A stretch of DNA of 61,602 nt from Fonticula alba ATCC 38817 (Eukaryota > Protista > Nucleariida). The notes below the pieces were generated by a model. It made no database searches and was not told the DNA's origin. It saw only the letters and a program-made list of their open reading frames with translations. Within the stretch, counting starts at the first letter, position 1; every line of letters starts with the position of its first letter. The stretch lies in assembly GCA_000388065.2 (NCBI GenBank), contig KB932204.1; one strand, 5' to 3'. Below, in pieces: positions 59,601 to 61,602 of the stretch. A program made the translations under genes and the position numbers.

Positions 59601-61524
59601 TCAATGGACAGGATCGGGAGACTGGCTGGGAGTGCTGTGAAGGGATGCCGTCTCGAGGAGGGCATCAGCGCTGCGCGTCGATGAGGGAACAGCCGACATG
59701 GCGGCCGAGGTGACGGCCGCATTGGCGGCAGCCACCGCCGCCGCCGAGGCGGCAGCCACCGCCGCCGCCGCCGTCAACGACTGGGCCTCATGCAGGGCAT
59801 CCGCCTCGGCGGCCTCCGCATTCCGAGCATTCTTGGAGGCGGTGGCCGCACCGCTGCTGACGGCCGGCGTCGGGCCAATCATGCTGAAGGCCCGCTTGGT
59901 GATGTCCGCCGACCGGGAGATGCCCCCGCCGGGGGGGGCCCCCTCCACCGGGGACTCTGTGCCGTCCGAATCGTCGGAGCCACTGCCACATGGCAGATCC
60001 CCCAGCACACAATCACGCACACGCCAATACTCCACCCAACGCAAGGAGGCATAGGCGCCGAAGTCGAAGTCGATTTCCGACGGCGGAACGCAATGCGCCG
60101 AAATCAGACCCCACAGGATCCAAAGGAGATGTGACACCAGCGCATAGCGAGTCGACTCCAGCAGCACCTGGTCCACCTCCTCCGAGGAGATGCCCAGGGC
60201 CGCGGCCTCGGCCTCCAGCGGAGGCGGGCCGTCCGTGTGCAGGTACGGGTCCAGACGCACCGACCCAAGGGCCTCGAGGCGCCGGTACTCGGCCAGGTAC
60301 GCCCGGATGAAGGCCCGCTGCTCGGCCACCGACGGGTAAAGGTGGAAGTGGAAGACATGCGGCTCGGAGGAGTGGTAATCGGCGGCCCACTGGAAATGGG
60401 CGACGACAAGAAGGGGGGGGGGGGAAAAAAACAACAACGAGGGCAGGGGGAGGACGGAGAGACCGAAATGACGGGGATGACGGGAGGAGGAAGACAACGG
60501 CACACATGTGAGGAAGTGGGCGAGGACATGGGGGGAAAGCGTGAAGGAGGGCGAAGAAATGCGAAAGAGAAAGGCCCCCACCCCTGGCACTCTAGCGCCA
60601 CGATATGCCGATCCACCGCCGAGGGGCGCAGAGGCCTGCACCCAGTGTCGCCACCATGCGTGGTCGACGCACCTCGCAGAAGTGGTTGCCGATGTCGAAG
60701 CCGCGCGGCGCAAAACCAGCATACTCCAAGTCGACCATGGTCACACGGCCATCATAGCCGACCGCTGTGGGCAGGCTGTCCGACGTCCGGTGCGGGGTCG
60801 TCGAATCATGGCCACCATCCCGGCGCAGGATATTCCCATACTGGGCGTCATTGTGGGAGAAGACAATTGGACTGCGCTGACCATCGCGCGTTTCCAACTC
60901 CTCGAGCTTGGCCTCGAGCCAGTCGAGCTCCGCCTGCAGGTCGGCCACCGACACCAGGCGCGTGGTACGCAGGCGCGTGGTCAGGATCTCCGGATCGCCC
61001 ATGCAGGCACCGGTGGTCGGCGCTCCGGCAGCCCCCGGGGTCGGCGCCCCGGCCAGCGCGTCAGCAGCAGCCGGCTCCGGCTCGGCGCTGTGCCGCAGAG
61101 CCGCGCCAGCGGCGCGCGCCTCCGCATCCAAGGCACGGAGGTTGACCGCCCAGCGGCGGATCTTCGCGAAGAGGGACGACACCCCGGGCGTCTCGCCGGG
61201 GATCGACGGCGGCGGCGGGAACCCATGGTCCCGGGCCTGGGGCGAATAGTCCAGGCCGATGGCATGCAGCCGGGCCATGGCTCGGGCAATGCTCCGCGAG
61301 GTCCCGGGCGAGCGGACACTCTTGGCATCGATGGTGCGCGCGTCGCCGATGAACTCCTCCAGCCGGCCCCCGGGGAAAGAGGCCATCAGAGCCGGGCCCA
61401 GGCCGTAATTCGCCACCAGGCCGAAGATCGACAGCTCGGTCTCGCGCGAGAAGAAGTGCGACGAGCCGGAGCCATACACGCGAAGGAGGATATCCGGATG
61501 TGAAGAGGATGAGCAGACGTAGAC
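59601..61524 (-). CDS. Choline/ethanolamine kinase (5'-partial; upstream exon(s) beyond the window)
   Basis: Exons 61524-60673 and 60389-59601, acceptor TAG at 61527-61525. Motifs ILLRVYG..RETE..GLGPALMASFPGGRLEEFI, Brenner motif [34 protein letters not shown], and SHLLWILWGLI. Confidence 0.93.
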
Positions 61525-61602
61525 CTAACCCGGCGGAGTGTCGGGAGGGGAGGAGGAAGGAGAGTGAGTGGAAGAGGGGGAGAGGGGGAGAGGGGAGAGG
61601 GG

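Noticed and set aside
1-61602. rRNA, tRNA, snRNA, transposon or viral genes
   Set aside because: I recognised no cloverleaf, rRNA signature, transposase, reverse transcriptase or terminal repeats by eye. A tRNAscan-SE or Infernal run would be needed to exclude small RNAs.

Overview
GC-rich, intron-rich eukaryotic genomic DNA from a draft assembly with 10 N-gaps. The style (poly-C introns, strong GC3 bias) resembles a unicellular opisthokont such as Fonticula alba, which is an impression and not verified. By manual exon chaining I support 12 protein-coding genes in order: SNW1/Prp45 (+), an orphan ~800-aa gene (-), protein disulfide isomerase (-), a GOST/LUSTR (GPR107/TMEM87-like) 7TM protein (-), a tiny APC/C subunit Cdc26 (+), a divergent TM9SF/EMP70 (-), a very large CNOT1 (+), a divergent CDC27/APC3 (+), WBP11 (-), RPA1 (+), a TenA-fold protein (+) and a choline/ethanolamine kinase (-, 5' end outside the window). 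I saw no rRNA, tRNA, CRISPR or transposase. The most interesting signal is an unusual splicing code: 42 of 51 donors have C at +4 (GTRCGY) and only one has A, 7 of 52 acceptors are AAG, and the splicing factor SNW1 has Tyr in place of its eponymous Trp. Other highlights are an RPA1 lacking all four zinc-finger cysteines, a TenA-fold protein lacking its catalytic residues, and a CDC27 lacking the Asn implicated in IR-tail binding. Most ORFs in the supplied track are antisense shadows or low-complexity artefacts. All homology calls are from recalled family sequences; no database search was run.
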